DNA of 64,000 nucleotides from Chiloscyllium plagiosum (lineage: Eukaryota): contig NC_057753.1 of the NCBI RefSeq assembly GCF_004010195.1, forward strand, positions 163,439 through 227,438, given 5' to 3'. The translations under genes were made by a program, and so were the position numbers. Under the pieces are notes generated by a model that did not search any database, was not told the DNA's origin, and worked only from the letters and a program-made list of their open reading frames with translations. This document shows, piece after piece, positions 10,954 to 23,347 of the stretch. Numbering within the stretch: the first letter of the stretch is position 1; every line of letters begins with the position of its first letter.

Positions 10954-11796
10954 ATGGAGAAACCCTGGAAGTGCGGGGACTGCGGGAAAGGCTACGGCAC
11001 TCCGTCGGCACTGGAGAGGCACCGACGAGCCCACACGGGCGAGCGGCCGTTCTCCTGCCCCGAGTGCGGCAAGGGCTTCGCGCACGGTTCCGCCGCCCGC
11101 CGGCACCAGCGGGTCCACACGGGCGAGCGGCCGTTCTCCTGCCCCGAGTGCGGGAAGCGGTTCACCCAGTCGTGTAGCCTGAGGACCCACCAGCGGCTGC
11201 ACGCCGGGGAGAGGCCGTTCCCCTGCTCCGAGTGCGGCAAGGCCTTCGCCCACTCCTCGGCCCTGCTGCAGCACCAGCAGCTCCACACCGGCGAGCGGCC
11301 CTTCGGCTGCCCCGAGTGCGGCAAGGCCTTCACCCACTCCTCCGCCCTGCTGAGGCACCAGCAGCTCCACACCGGCGAGAGGCCCTACCTGTGCCCCGAG
11401 TGCGGCCGGGCCTTCAGCCAGTCGGCCGGCCTCCAGTCCCACCGGCGGCTGCACACCGGCGAGAGGCCCTTCGGCTGCCCCGAGTGCGGCCGGGGGTTCG
11501 CCCACTCCTCCGGCCTGCTGACCCACCGGCGGCTGCACACCGGCGAGCGGCCCTTCGCCTGCCCGGCCTGCGGCAGGGCCTTCGCTCAGTCCTGCAGCCT
11601 GCGGAGGCACCAGCGGGTCCACACCGGCGAGCGGCCGTACCCCTGCCCCGAGTGCGGCAAGGCCTTCGCCCACTCCTCCGGCCTGCTGACCCACCAGCGG
11701 GCCCACACCGGCGAGCGGCCCTTCGCCTGCCCCGCGTGCGGGAGGGCCTTCAAGCGGGCCTCCCACCTGCGGAGGCACCAGCGGGTCCACAAGTGA
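10954..11796 (+). CDS. C2H2 zinc-finger protein, 10 tandem fingers (280 aa), no effector domain visible
   Basis: Open frame [13 protein letters not shown]... with ten CxxC-x12-HxxxH units and TGERP linkers; acceptor TTTTGCAG at 10741-10748; alternative in-frame ATG at 10867. Confidence 0.93.
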   Translation: MEKPWKCGDCGKGYGTPSALERHRRAHTGERPFSCPECGKGFAHGSAARRHQRVHTGERPFSCPECGKRFTQSCSLRTHQRLHAGERPFPCSECGKAFAHSSALLQHQQLHTGERPFGCPECGKAFTHSSALLRHQQLHTGERPYLCPECGRAFSQSAGLQSHRRLHTGERPFGCPECGRGFAHSSGLLTHRRLHTGERPFACPACGRAFAQSCSLRRHQRVHTGERPYPCPECGKAFAHSSGLLTHQRAHTGERPFACPACGRAFKRASHLRRHQRVHK

Positions 11797-11924
11797 CGGC
11801 TGGCAATCGGGCTCCCGCCGACGTCGCCCGAAAATCCGGAAGGGCTACTTGCTGCCTCTGCTTCCAGTGGGTGGGCGCTCTCCCAATCCAGAACTGCACC
11901 TTGCCTCCTCCCCTCTTCCCTTCA

Positions 11925-12270
11925 GGATATCTGGTTGGCATGAATGAGTTGGACCGAAGGGTCTGTTTCTGTGTTGTGCTTTTCTATAAAGAGTTAAATA
12001 TGTTAGTTCTAAGAAAACATGACTTCATACCTCGATCAGGTGCCGATGGAGTTAATCGATGTGTTTGCAATTCTGGGGGTTTTACAGTGTCCAGATGGAC
12101 AGTGGCCATGGGAAATATTAGAGGAGTTCAGAAGAATCGGGTTTCTGGACTGAAAGGCGGGCTCTTTGCAGGAGGAGAGAGGTTGCCATTCGAAGATATT
12201 GAGAGGGTTTGTAGCATTCACCTGGCTATCGGAGTAGTCAAGGGATCCAGGCTCTCGGAAGCTGGAGAAA
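11925..12270 (+). repeat. Diverged direct repeat, copy B, downstream of the ZNF exon
   Basis: Homologous to 10335-10680. Confidence 0.8.
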
Positions 12271-12845
12271 AATATTCCTAAAGGAGGGAACACGTCAGTT
12301 GAATTAGGGGCCGCCAAGTTAGGAAAGGGCGTGACACACCACTGGGACTGAGTATCCGTCAAGGATAACGCTGGGGAAAAAGTCTGAATTTTTCGTTTTG
12401 CTTTTATGTCGAGAGGTTTCAAATTTGCCATCCACATGACGTTTCTAAAGAAAAACGTATTTGTCATTCTTTTGGAAAACAAGGTAGTGGCGTTTGTATG
12501 GATGTCTTCAGTGGATAATGTTCACTGTGACCAACTGCAGAAATAAAACTCATCATCCACAAATTGGATTTTCCGTCTGAGATCCGATTTGTCCAGTATT
12601 GTGGTATCAACTGGGATCATTAGGTGGGGGGGGGGGGGGGGGGGTGAATCTCTTGACAGTGTTATGGATTAGGCCAGATCCCCCAGCCTCAAAATATGTT
12701 AAGAATGTAGCCCAGATCCCACCTTCTTATTGTAAAGGCAGATGTGAAGTGGATGTTCCAGGTCTGATGCAGTTAGTCAAAACACTCCGCTTTAAACAAA
12801 ACAGATACTGCTGTGGTTCTGTTCGCCGAGCTGGAAGTTTTTGTT

Positions 12846-12885
12846 GCAAACGTTTCGTCCCCTGTCTAGGTGACATCCTCAGTGC
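12846..12885 (-). ncRNA. Minimal type I hammerhead ribozyme motif
   Basis: GCA CTGAGGA T GTCACCT AGAC AGGGGAC GAAAC GTT TGC: stem I GCA/TGC, core CUGANGA/GAAA, stem II, palindromic AACGTT. Confidence 0.75.
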
Positions 12886-13326
12886 TTGGGAGCCTCCTGT
12901 GAAGCGCTTCTGTGGTGTTTCCTCCGGCATTTATAGTGGCCTGTCCCTGCCGCTCCCGGTTGTCAGTTTCAGCTGTCCGCAGTAGTGGCCGGTATATTGG
13001 GTCCAGGTCAATGTGTTTGTTGATGGAGTTGTGGATGAGTGACATTCTTCTAGTGGAGTTTGTGGATGAGTGCCGTGCTTCTAGGAATTCCCTGGCTGTT
13101 CTTTGTTTGGCTTGCCCTATAATGGTAGTGTTGTCCCAGTCGAATTCATGTTGCTTGTCGTCTGCGTGTGACTCATCCACAAACTCCATCAACAAACACA
13201 TCGACCTGGACCCAATATACCGGCCACTACAGCGGACAGCTGAAACTGACAACCGGAAGCGGCAGGGACAGGCCACTATAAATGTCGGAGGAAACACCAC
13301 AGAAGCGCTTCACAGGAGGCTCCCAA

Positions 13327-13366
13327 GCACTGAGGATGTCACCTAGACAGGGGACGAAATGTTTGC
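13327..13366 (+). ncRNA. Minimal hammerhead motif (mirror copy, GAAAC changed to GAAAT)
   Basis: GCACTGAGGATGTCACCTAGACAGGGGACGAAATGTTTGC. Confidence 0.6.
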
Positions 13367-13844
13367 AATAAAAACTTCCAGCTCGGTGAACAGAACCACA
13401 ACAATGAGCACCCGAGCTACAAATCTTCTCACAAACTTTAAACAGATACTACGCTTGATGACACACGAACAAATGAGAACGGAATTTAGAATAACTCAAC
13501 TCTTGGAAAACTCAACTGACCCAATACAGTAACTTAACTAAGGAGCTGTTCCAATCCAGTAACGTCCCATCAACACTCCCTCCCCCCTTGGCAAAAAGGG
13601 AAATGCCAACTCAGGTTCTTATGGGCAGGAGAGATTTAAGAGTGAAAAGTCAGTCAAGAATCATCTGCAGAAGCTTGGAACCTTCATCTGGACAGCAGGA
13701 GCTTCTCACTGTTACAGCTAAACCAATACTAGAGAGAACCTGAACTGGGAGAACTGGCCACTGCCCTTACCATTGTCAAACCAGACATGTCGGCGCCTCT
13801 GCCTTTACAACCTCTCTTGGAGGGGGGAGAAAAGGACTGAACAG

Positions 13845-14607
13845 CAGAGTACTGGCCCTTCAGCCCTCGATGAAAGACTGACCTTTCATCGTACTCTAAG
13901 ATCAGACTAACCTACATACCCTTCACTTCACTATCTTCCACGTGCCTTTCCAAGAGTCGCTTAAATGTCCCGAATGTCTCTGACTCTACTCCCACCGCTG
14001 GCAGTGCATTTCGCTCACCCACCACTCTCTGAGGAAAGAACCAACCTCTGACAGCTCCCCTAAATCTTTCACCAATCACCTTAAAACTATGCCCACTTGT
14101 GACAGACATTGTCACCCTGGGGAAAAAGTCTCTGGCTATCCATTCTATCCAAGCCTCTTAACGTCTTGTACACTTCTGTCAAGTCACCTCTCGTCCTCCT
14201 TCACTCCAATGAGAAAAGCCCTAGCTCCCTCAACCATTCTTCATCAGGGAAGCCCTCCAATCCAGGCAACCTCCTGGTAAATCTCCTCTGCACCCTCTCG
14301 AAAGCATCTCCATCCTTCCCTATAATGAGGCGACCGGAATGGAAGAGAATATTCCAAGTGTGGTCTAACCAGGGCTCTATACAGCTGTAGCACAACCTCA
14401 TGGCTCTTAAACTCGATCCCCCTGCTAATGAAAGCCAACGCGCCATTCTTAACAACCCTATCAACCTGGGTGGCAACTTTGAGGGATCTATCAACACGGA
14501 CCCCAAAATCCCCCCTGTTCCTCCACACTGCCAAGAATCCTGCCTTTAACCCTTCTGCATTCAAATTTGACCTTCCAGAGTGAATCACTTCACACTTTTC
14601 CAGGTTG
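13845..14607 (-). mobile_element. CR1 LINE 3' part
   Basis: LYRALVRPHLEY and ERVQRRFTR peptides. Confidence 0.88.
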
Positions 14608-14707
14608 ATCTTCTTAAAGTGACAGCATCATCTCAACAGGAAAGGAGTGTGTGGAATTAAAGTGGATGTGTGACTCATTTAAGGAACTGCGTGTGAGAAG
14701 GTTTGTA

Positions 14708-15862
14708 TAGAGTCATAGAGATGTACAGCATGGTCCAACCCGTCCCTGCCGATCAGATATTCCAACCCAACCTAGTCCCACCTGCCAGCACCCGGCCCAT
14801 ATCCCTCCAAACCCTTCCTATTCATATACCCATCCAAATGCCTTTTTAATGTTGCATTGTACAGCCTCCATCATTTTCCCTGGCAGCTCATTCCATACAC
14901 ATACCACCCTCTGTGTGAAAAAGTTGCCCCTTAGCTCTCATTTATATCTTTCCCCTCTCACCCTAAACCTATGCCCTCCAGTTCTGGACTCCCCACCCCA
15001 GGGAAAAGACTTTGTCTATTTATCCTATCCATGCCCCTTATAAATTTGTAAACCTCTATAAGGTCACCCCTCAGCCTCTGACGCATCAGGGAAAATAGCC
15101 CCAGCCTGTTCAGCCTCTCCCTATAGCTCAAATCCTCCAACCCTGGCAACATCCTTGTAAATCTTTTCTGAACCCTTTCACGTTTCACAACATCTCTCTG
15201 ATAGGACGGAGACCAGAAATGCATGTAATATTCCAACAGTGGCCTAACCAATGTCCTGTACAGCCACAACATGACCTCCCAACNNNNNNNNNNNNNNNNN
15301 NNNNNNNNCTGCTAAGATTTATTTTCCCAAAATGCAGCACCTCGCATTTATCTGAATTAAACTCCATCTGCCTCTTCTCGGCCCATCTAGTCCAGATCCT
15401 ATTGTAATCTGAGGTAACCCTCTTCGCTGTCCACTACAGCTCCAATTTTGGTGTCATCTGCAAACCTGCTAACTAATACCTCCTATGTTCACATCCAAAT
15501 CATTTATATAAATGATGAAAAGTAGTGGACCCAGCATTGATCCTTGTGGCACACCACTGGTCACAGGCCTCCAGTCTGAAAAATAACCTTCCACCACCAC
15601 CCTCTGTCTTCTATCTTTGAGCCAGTTCTGTCTCCAAATGGCTAGTTCTCTCTGTATTCCATGAGATCTAACCTTGCTGATGATGTAAAACAAGAGTGTT
15701 GTTATAGTGTCGCACAGCACAGTCCAGGCAGACCACGATCCCAAATTGAACTAGTCCCAACTGACCGCTGCTGGCCCAGATCCCTCCAAACCTTTCCTGT
15801 TCATGTCTTATCCACATGTCTTTTACACATTGTAACTGCACACGTATCCACCCCTTCCTCTG
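14708..15862 (-). mobile_element. CR1 (HER1-like) fragments including RT motifs
   Basis: [33 protein letters not shown]. Confidence 0.9.
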
Positions 15863-15875
15863 GATTTGATTTGAT

Positions 15876-16580
15876 TGTTCTGAAGGTGGAGAGGTGTACT
15901 GTATCTTTAAGAGAGTTGAAATGTTAGCAAGGACAGACAAAGCACAGAACAAGATAACAATGTAACACTTGCGAAACAAATTGCAGTAGCTGGGTTGCCA
16001 TGAAACAAAACACAAATTCCAATTCGGCCGATCAGTTTTAAATTATGCCCCAAGATACCAAAATCCAATCAACTTTGAATTTAGTATTTTGACAATAGTA
16101 AAACCAATGAAACGGTCTGATATTTTGGGGTTATAAAACCGGACAGTTTGAACAGTTCAGGGGAGAACTGCCAAAGACCAACAAATGCAGACTGCAAGCT
16201 GAAGAGCTCTCTGAAAGGTACCTGCCTGTGGGGAGTTTGTGTAGCAGAACATAAAAGGTGACTTGGAGACAATCTACAAAGGAGAATCAGCAAAACTGAC
16301 TGGTTTTGAAATGTCACTATTTCTTTTTTTAAAATCTTAAATTTTTTTATCGGCCGGGTGGGAGGTAAACGATAGATTTAAGAGGGAAGAGTTGTAAATG
16401 GTTGTTGGTTTTAATATTCTCTGTCGCACTTAAAAGAATAAAGTTGTTCATTTTTACTTTAAATAGTGGCTTCTGGGATAGCTCTGTGCCTCGAATTTGA
16501 ACAGATCACAGCATGGGGTGAATCTTTTCTGCGTTGCTGGTTTAAATTAGCACAGGGGGGGTTTACCCCTTGTCGTAACA
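15876..16580 (+). mobile_element. Solo LTR (705 bp)
   Basis: TG...CA ends; TGAT TSD at 15872-15875 and 16581-16584; TATAAAA near 16132 and AATAAA near 16437; related inverted copies at about 22195-22875 and 30755-31090. Confidence 0.8.
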
Positions 16581-16621
16581 TGATTTATTGTCACATGTAC
16601 CGGAGTACAGTGAAAAGCTTT

Positions 16622-16925
16622 GTTTAGATTAGATTCCCTACAGTGTAGAAACAGGCCCTTTGGCCCAACCAGTCTACACCAACCCTCCGAAGAGTAACCC
16701 ACCCAGACCCATTCCCCTCTGACTAATGCACCTAACACTATGGGGCAATTTAGCATGGCCAATTCACCCTGACCAGCACATCTTTGGACTGTGGGAGGAA
16801 ACTGGGGAAAACCCACGCAGACAAGGGGAGAATGTGCAAACTCCGCACAGACAGTCACCCAAGGCTGGAATTGAACCTGGGACCCTGGTGCCGTGAGGCA
16901 GCAGTGCTGCCCACTCTGCCACCCC
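16622..16925 (-). mobile_element. HE1/V-SINE
   Basis: TTAGA tail, V-domain, tRNA-like head. Confidence 0.9.
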
Positions 16926-17199
16926 ATTTTCTGAGCCACGGCTTCCCTCCCAGTTAAGCATGTTGCTCACTCCAGCAGAATGATAGTTAGCTGTGAGAAG
17001 CTGTCTCGCAGCCTCCCGCACGTCGCTTAGTTCCTCTCTCCCGAGGAGGTAATGCTACAGCGTTTTCCCACTGCGATGTATTGCTCCAACATCTCGCTTA
17101 GTTGCTCAAGCGTGCTCACTCGCTTCTGTTCGTTTACCATGTGTTGCCAATCTGTATTGTTCCTTTTATTAAGGGCATCTAGAACATAGGTCTGTTCTA

Positions 17200-18365
17200 T
17201 GCTGTACTTTTCTTTCAGCCCACAATGTTGTGCCAAGGGTTAATCCTAATGTAAAATATAGTAACTTAACCTACGCACCCCTCAACTCACTGCTATCCAT
17301 GTGCATGTCCAGCAGTCGCTTAAATGTCCCCAGTGACTCTGCTTCCACCACCACCGCTGGCAACGCATTCCATGCATTCACAATTCTCTGGGTAAAGTAC
17401 CTACCTCTGACGTCTCCTTTATACCTTCCTCCTAATACTTTCAAACTATTACTCCTTTCAGTCCTGCCCTGGGGAAAAGTCTCTGGCTATTGACTCTATC
17501 TATGCCTCTCATTATCTTGTACACCTGGATCAGGTCTCCTCTCTTCCTCCTTCTCTCCAGAGAGAAAAGTCTGAGCTTATTTGTCTTTCCTATAGTAGGG
17601 TGACCAGAACTGGACACAATATTCCAAGTGTGGCCTCACCAGGACTTGTAGAGCTGCAGCAAAATCTCACGGCTCTTAAACTCAATCCCCCTGTTAATGA
17701 AAGCCAAAACACCCCGTTTTCTTAACAATCCTATCCACTTGGGTGGCAACTTTGAGGGATCTATGTACTTGAATTGAATTTAATGTCACGTATGGTACAG
17801 TTGCCATACCAGGTAGTGATACATCCAGACAGAACACTCTCGATGGCGCACCTATAAAAGTTGGCAAGGATATTTGCCGTCATGCCAAATTTCCTCAGGT
17901 GCCTGAGGAAGAAGAAGCCGTTGTTGGGCCTTTGTATCCAGTACGTCCACATGAAGAGTCCAAGAAAGCTTGTTGTGGACGACCACTCCCAGGAGCTTGA
18001 CACTGTCCACTTGTTCCACCTCTGTGCTGTTAGTGTGTGGGGGGCATGAGTAACATCCCGCCGAAAGTCAATAATGAGTTCCTTGGTTTTGCCGGCGTTA
18101 AGAACGAGGTTGTTCTCAGTGCACCATTTTTCCAGGTTTTCCACCTCCCGTCTGTAGTCTGTTTCGTCGCCATCTGAGATTCAACCGGCTATGGTGATGT
18201 CACCGACGGACTTGTAAATGGTATTAGAAAACCCAGATCCCTCTGTTCCTCCAAACTGCCAAGAATCCTGTCTTTAATCCTATATTCAGCATTTGTGTTC
18301 GACCTTCCAAAATGCATCACTTCGCATTTACCCAGCTTGGACACCATCGGCCATTTCTCAGCCCA
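17200..18365 (-). mobile_element. CR1 LINE interrupted by a Rex1/Babar-type LINE RT fragment (about 17785-18225)
   Basis: WCTENNLVLNAGKTKELIIDFRR...FYRCAIESVLSGCITTWYGNCT is typical of the Rex1/Babar RT C-terminal region. Confidence 0.8.
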
Positions 18366-19430
18366 AAGTTTGTGAGATTTGCTCGTTGTTGTGGTTCTGT
18401 TTGCCGAGCTGGGAATTTGTGTTGCAGACGTTTCGCCCCTGTCTAGGTGACATCCTCAGTGCTCGGGAGCCTCCTGTGAAGCCTTCATTTTCACCATGCT
18501 AAATTACCCATAGTGCCCAGGGGCATGTAGGTTAGGGTGGATTGGCCATGCTAAATTACCCATAGTGCCCAGGGGCATGTAGGTTAGGGTGGATTGGCCA
18601 TGCTAAATTACCAATAGTACCCAGGGGCATGTAGGTTAGGGTGGATTGGCCATGCTAAATTACCAATAGTGCCCAGGCGGACTTGTAAATGGTATTAGAA
18701 AACCCAGATCCCTCTGTTCCTCCAAACTGCCAAGAATCCTGTCTTTAATCCTATATTCAGCATTTGAGTTCGACCTTCCAAAATGCATCACTTCGCATTT
18801 ACCCAGCTTGGACACCATTGGCCATTTCTCAGCCCAAAGTTTGTGAGAAGATTTGCTCGTTGTTGTGGTTCTGTTTGCCGAGCTGGGAATTTGTGTTGCA
18901 GACGTTTCGCCCCTGGAACATCCTCAGCGCTAGGGAGCCTCCTGTGAAGCCTTCATTTTCACCATGCTAAATTACCAATAGTGCCCAGGGGCATGTAGGT
19001 TAGGGTGGATTGGCCATGCTAAATTACCCATAGTGCCCAGTGATGTGCAGGTTAGGGTGGATTGGCCATGCTAAATTACCCATAGTGCCCAGGGATGTGC
19101 AGGTTAGGGTGGAATCGCCATGCTAAATTACCCATAGTGCCCAGGGATGTGCAGGTTAGGGTGGATTGGCCATTCTAAATTACCCATAGTGCTTAGGGAT
19201 CTGCAGGTTACGATGGATTGACCATGCTAAATTACCTATAGTGTACAGGGATGTGCAGGTTAGGGTGGATTGGCCATGTTAAATTACCCATAGTGCCCAA
19301 GGATGTGCTGGTTAAGGTGGGTTGGCCATTCTAAATTACCCATAGTGCTTAGGGATCTGCAGGTTTTGATGGATTGGCCATGCTAAATTACCCATAGTGC
19401 CCAGGGATGTGCAGGTTAGGGTGGATTGAT
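18208..19430. repeat. ~470-bp tandem duplication (CR1 + Penelope pLTR fragment + SINE-core units) followed by a 52-bp SINE-core array
   Basis: GGACTTGTAAATGGTATTAGAAAACCC starts at both about 18209 and 18679; array unit GGCCATGCTAAATTACCCATAGTGCCCAGGG... Confidence 0.85.
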
Positions 19431-19889
19431 GTACCTGTATGTGTAGGGGAATGTATCTGGTTGGGTTATTCTTCAGAGGGTCAGTGTGACCTCGTTGGGC
19501 CGAAGGGCCTGTTTCCACACTGTCGGGATTCTGTGATTGAAAAAGGGGGAGTGAAGAGAGTCTGGAAATGCATCCCGGAGGGCTGGGATTGGACCACAGG
19601 CCTGTCCATCTCTGTGATTTCACAAGCTTGAACTGTGTCAGATGCTGTACCCGTCAGCCAATTGCAGAGAGGCATCCCAGCACCGCTGACCAATCATAAT
19701 CAAAGGGGGGAGTGGGAGGGATGGGGGTGTGTCCACTCTCAGGTTAAACTGAATCCATGTAGACATTCTGCAGCCATCCATATGGCTGTTCACTGAGTTA
19801 TAAATCACAACAAAGATCACCTGAATCTGCCCCTGCATGGGCTCTTGTTGAAAATATGAGATCTACCACAAGGATGTGGATGGTATAGG

Positions 19890-20790
19890 TACACAATGGT
19901 GGGATATAGGAGCAGAAATTAGGCCATTCAGCCCATTGAGTTTGCTCTGCCATTCGATCATGGCTGATACGTTCCTCAAGAGAAAGTGAGGGCTGCAGAT
20001 CAGAGCTGAAAACGTGTTGCTGGAAAAACGCAGCAGGTCAGGCAGCATCCAAGCAGCAGGAGAATCGATGTTTCGGGCATGAGCCCTTCTTCAGGATCAG
20101 TTTCTCAACCCCATTCCCCCACAACCCTTGATCCCCTTGATACACAAGAACCTGTCTATCTCCGTCTTAAATGTCCTCAGTGACCAGGCCTCCACAGCCT
20201 TCCGTGGCAATGAATTCCATACTCTCCATTCTCAAAGGCCTTCCCTTTAATCTAAGGCTGATCCTTTGGGTCTGAGTCTCTCCTTTCAATGCAAACATCT
20301 TCCCAACATCCACTCTGTCCAGGCTGTTCAATATTCTGTAGGTTTCAATCAGCTCCCACCTCATCCTTCCAAAACTCCATCGAGTATAGACCCAGAGACC
20401 TCAAATGTTCCTCATACGTTAACCTTTTCATTCCTGGGATCATTCTCGTGAACCTCCTCTGGACCCCCGCCAGGGCCTGGATTTCCTTCCTGAGGGGTGG
20501 GGCCCAGAATTGTTCACTATACTCGAAATGTGGCCTGACCAGAGCCTGATAAAGCCTCAGAGGTACATCCCCGCTTTTATATTCTAGTCCTCTCGAAACA
20601 AGGTCCAACGTTGCATTCGCCTCCCTAACTACCAATCCGACCTGCAAGTTTACCTCGAGAGGATCCTGCACTAGAACTCCCAAGTCTCTTTGCACTTCGG
20701 ACTTCTGAATTTCTCCCCATTGAGAAAGTGGATCTCGCCTCTATTCTTCCCACCAAAGTGCGTGACCTCACACTCTCCCACATTGTGTGG
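19890..20790 (-). mobile_element. CR1 LINE 3' part with a hammerhead-headed insert (19980-20097)
   Basis: QRDLGVLV...LYQALVRPHFEY...VQRRFTRMIPG. Confidence 0.85.
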
Positions 20791-20874
20791 AGGGATATGA
20801 GGCAAGTGGGACGGGTTTAAATTGTGAAAACGTGGACAAGTTGGGCCGAAGGGCTTGTTTCCACGCCCTTTCGT

Positions 20875-21095
20875 TGCTGTGGGCGTGAAGTCACGTGTAG
20901 GCCTGACCGGGTAAGGGTGGCAGATTTCCTTCCCGAAAGCGCGTTAGTGAACCAGATGGGATTTGCCTGACAATCAGCAGTGGTTTCAAGGTCACCATTA
21001 GATGCCTCTTTCCAGAGAGCCATGGGTCTCGAACCCGAGGCTCCCCTGAACATTACTGGGCCCCTTGATGAAAAGTCTTGAGGTATTACCGCCGC
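20875..21095 (-). mobile_element. Deu-domain SINE (SacSINE1/AmnSINE-like), degenerate
   Basis: GGGTAAGGGTGGCAGATTTCCTTCCC...TTAGTGAACCAGATGGG motif; related copies at about 58700-58890 and 63450-63800. Confidence 0.6.
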
Positions 21096-21239
21096 CTCCC
21101 CCCGGACAGTCTGAAAAATCCTTGTATTCGTTCCCCAAGGCTGAAGACCATCAAATGGCCATGATTGCAACTGACCCAATTGATGAAAACTATCCGGTCT
21201 GAGATTTCAGATTTCTACACGAGCCTGGCAGAGAGCCAC

Positions 21240-22190
21240 ACAGCACAGAGACAATCCATAATCCCAAACTAAACTCACCCCACCTGCCTGCTCCTGGCCT
21301 ATATCCCTCCCCGCCTTTCCGATTCATGTACTCATCCAAATGACTTTTGAACGCTGTAACCGAACCTGCCTCCACCACTTGCTCTGGAAGCTCATTCCAC
21401 ACACGAACCCCTCTCTGTGTGAAAAAAGAAAGTTGCCCATCTCGTCTTTTTTAAAATCTTTCTCCTCTCACCTTCAAAATAGGCCCCCAGGTCTCGAAAT
21501 ACCCCCACCCTGGGGAAAAGACGCCTCACCTTATCCATGCCCCTTCATAATTTTATAAATCTCGATAAGGTCACCCCTCAACCTTCCTTTATAACTCAAT
21601 CCCTTCATTCCTGGCAACATCCCGGTAAATCTCTTCTGCTCCCTCTCCAGCTTAATATCCTTCCTGGAACAGGGAGACCGGAACTGGGCACAGTCACCCA
21701 GAAGAGGCCTGTACAAGCTCAACGTGGCGTCCCAACTCCTACACTCAAAGGTCTGAGCGATGAGGGCAGGTGTCCTAAATGCCTTCTTAAACACGCCACA
21801 TATAAATGATCCAAACTTCAAAGAATTGTGTACCTGAACCCATCGGTCTCCACACCACGGCCCAAGGGCCTCCTTTTAATTGTCTAAGTCTTGCCTTTGT
21901 TTTACCTCAACGCAATACATTACATTTATCACCATTAAAGTTCATCGCTCCTCGGCCCATTGGCCTGATTGATCAAGGCCTCTTTGTCAGCTGAGGTAAC
22001 CTTCTTCACTGTCCACTCTACCACCTGTCTTGCAGTCACCTGCCAACGTACTAACCATACCTCCTATATTCTCATCCAAAGCATTTCTACAAGTGGCAGA
22101 CAGAAATGGGCCTAGCACCGATCGATGTGGAATACCGCTGAGCACAGGTCTCCAGGCTGAAAAACAACCCTCCACCATCACTGTCTGTCT
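21240..22190 (-). mobile_element. CR1 LINE, degenerate
   Basis: LEREQKRFTGMLPG; SAWRPVLSGIP. Confidence 0.8.
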
Positions 22191-22194
22191 CCTG

Positions 22195-22875
22195 CGTTAT
22201 GACATGGGGTAAACCCTCCTGCTTAATTTCAAACGCAGAAAAGACTGCCGTGCAGTAATCTGTAGAGATTTGCGTGGCCAAGAACTATTTGAAGTAAAAA
22301 TTAACAACTTTATTTCTTAAAAGTATAACAGAGAATAAATAACTAACCACTATTTACAATTCCTCACTCTAACCTATGTGTTACCTTCCCTTCTATAATA
22401 CTAATCCCAAGTAAGATTTACAAAACAAGACTTTTTATCTCCAAACCAGGCAACTTTCCTTCTTCTATTCAGATCTTCCTGTGTCTTCTTTTCTTTTTCT
22501 TCAGAATTTCTGCGTCACGGATTACTGATCGAAAAGGTACTTTTAAGAGAGAGTTTTTCTTTTCAAGCAGTCTGTTACATGCTAGGATTGGCAGTTCTCC
22601 TCCCAACTGTTCAATTCCCACCCTGGTCTTATACCACAGAGCAGCGGATTGTGTCATTGGCTTTTAAGATTGTCAATATACTAAATTCAAACTGAATTGG
22701 AGTTTGATATTTTTTGGGGGAGTAATTTAAACGGATTGGCCAAATTCAAATTTGTTTTTGTTTCCAGGCAACAAGCTAACCGAGTTGTTTGAGCAAATGT
22801 TACATTGTTGCCTTATTGAGAACACTTGGTGCTGTGTCCAGTAGCTCTGCTGCTTTTAACTCTCTTAAACTCACA
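22195..22875 (-). mobile_element. LTR of the 15876-16580 family
   Basis: GTTATGACATGGGGTAAACCC resembles the reverse complement of the 16560-16580 end; other shared blocks. Confidence 0.65.
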
Positions 22876-23034
22876 ACTTCATATTCAGCCAATTTTACCA
22901 AATTCATTTCTAACTGGCAAGCTCACCTTGTATCCCACGCAATGAAGAAAGTCTCGAGAGGCCGAACTTGAGCGTTAACCAGTTTATGACACAACGCATC
23001 CTGGGGAAGATCCTCCATCCTAACATTGATTTAG

Positions 23035-23347
23035 ATATGATTAGATTCCCTACAGTGTGGAAATAGGCCCTTCGGCCCAACCAGTCCACTCCGACCCTCC
23101 GAAGAGTAACCCACCCAGACCCATTCCCCTCTGACTTATGCACCTAACACTACGGGCAATTTAGCATGGCCAATCCACCCTGACCTGCACATCTTTGGTC
23201 TGTGGGAGGAAACCGGAGCACCCGGAGGAAACCCACGCAGACACGGGGAGAATGTGCAAACTCCACACAGACAGTCGCTCCGAGGCTGGAATCGAACCTG
23301 GGACCCTGGTGCTGTGAGGCAGCAGAGCTAACCCCTGAGCCACCGTT
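23035..23347 (-). mobile_element. HE1/V-SINE
   Basis: Full head, V-domain and tail. Confidence 0.9.

Larger units (their letters stand above)
12810..13439. mobile_element. Penelope-like (Poseidon-type) fold-back element with a GIY-YIG C-terminal fragment and two hammerhead motifs
   Basis: Peptide HEFDWDNTTIIGQAKQRTAREFLEARHS...SINKHIDLDPIY; ~235-bp inverted arms; AAACAGATACT duplicated at 12799-12809 and 13440-13450. Confidence 0.85.
12660..14635. mobile_element. Solo LTR with nested Penelope and CR1 insertions
   Basis: TG...CA ends; ACAG TSD at 12656-12659 and 14636-14639; homologous to 35407-36382. Confidence 0.75.

Noticed and set aside
10516..11790. 424-aa minus-strand ORF and the 349-aa ORF at 11232-12281
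   Set aside because: Shadow frames of the GC-rich, repetitive zinc-finger exon.
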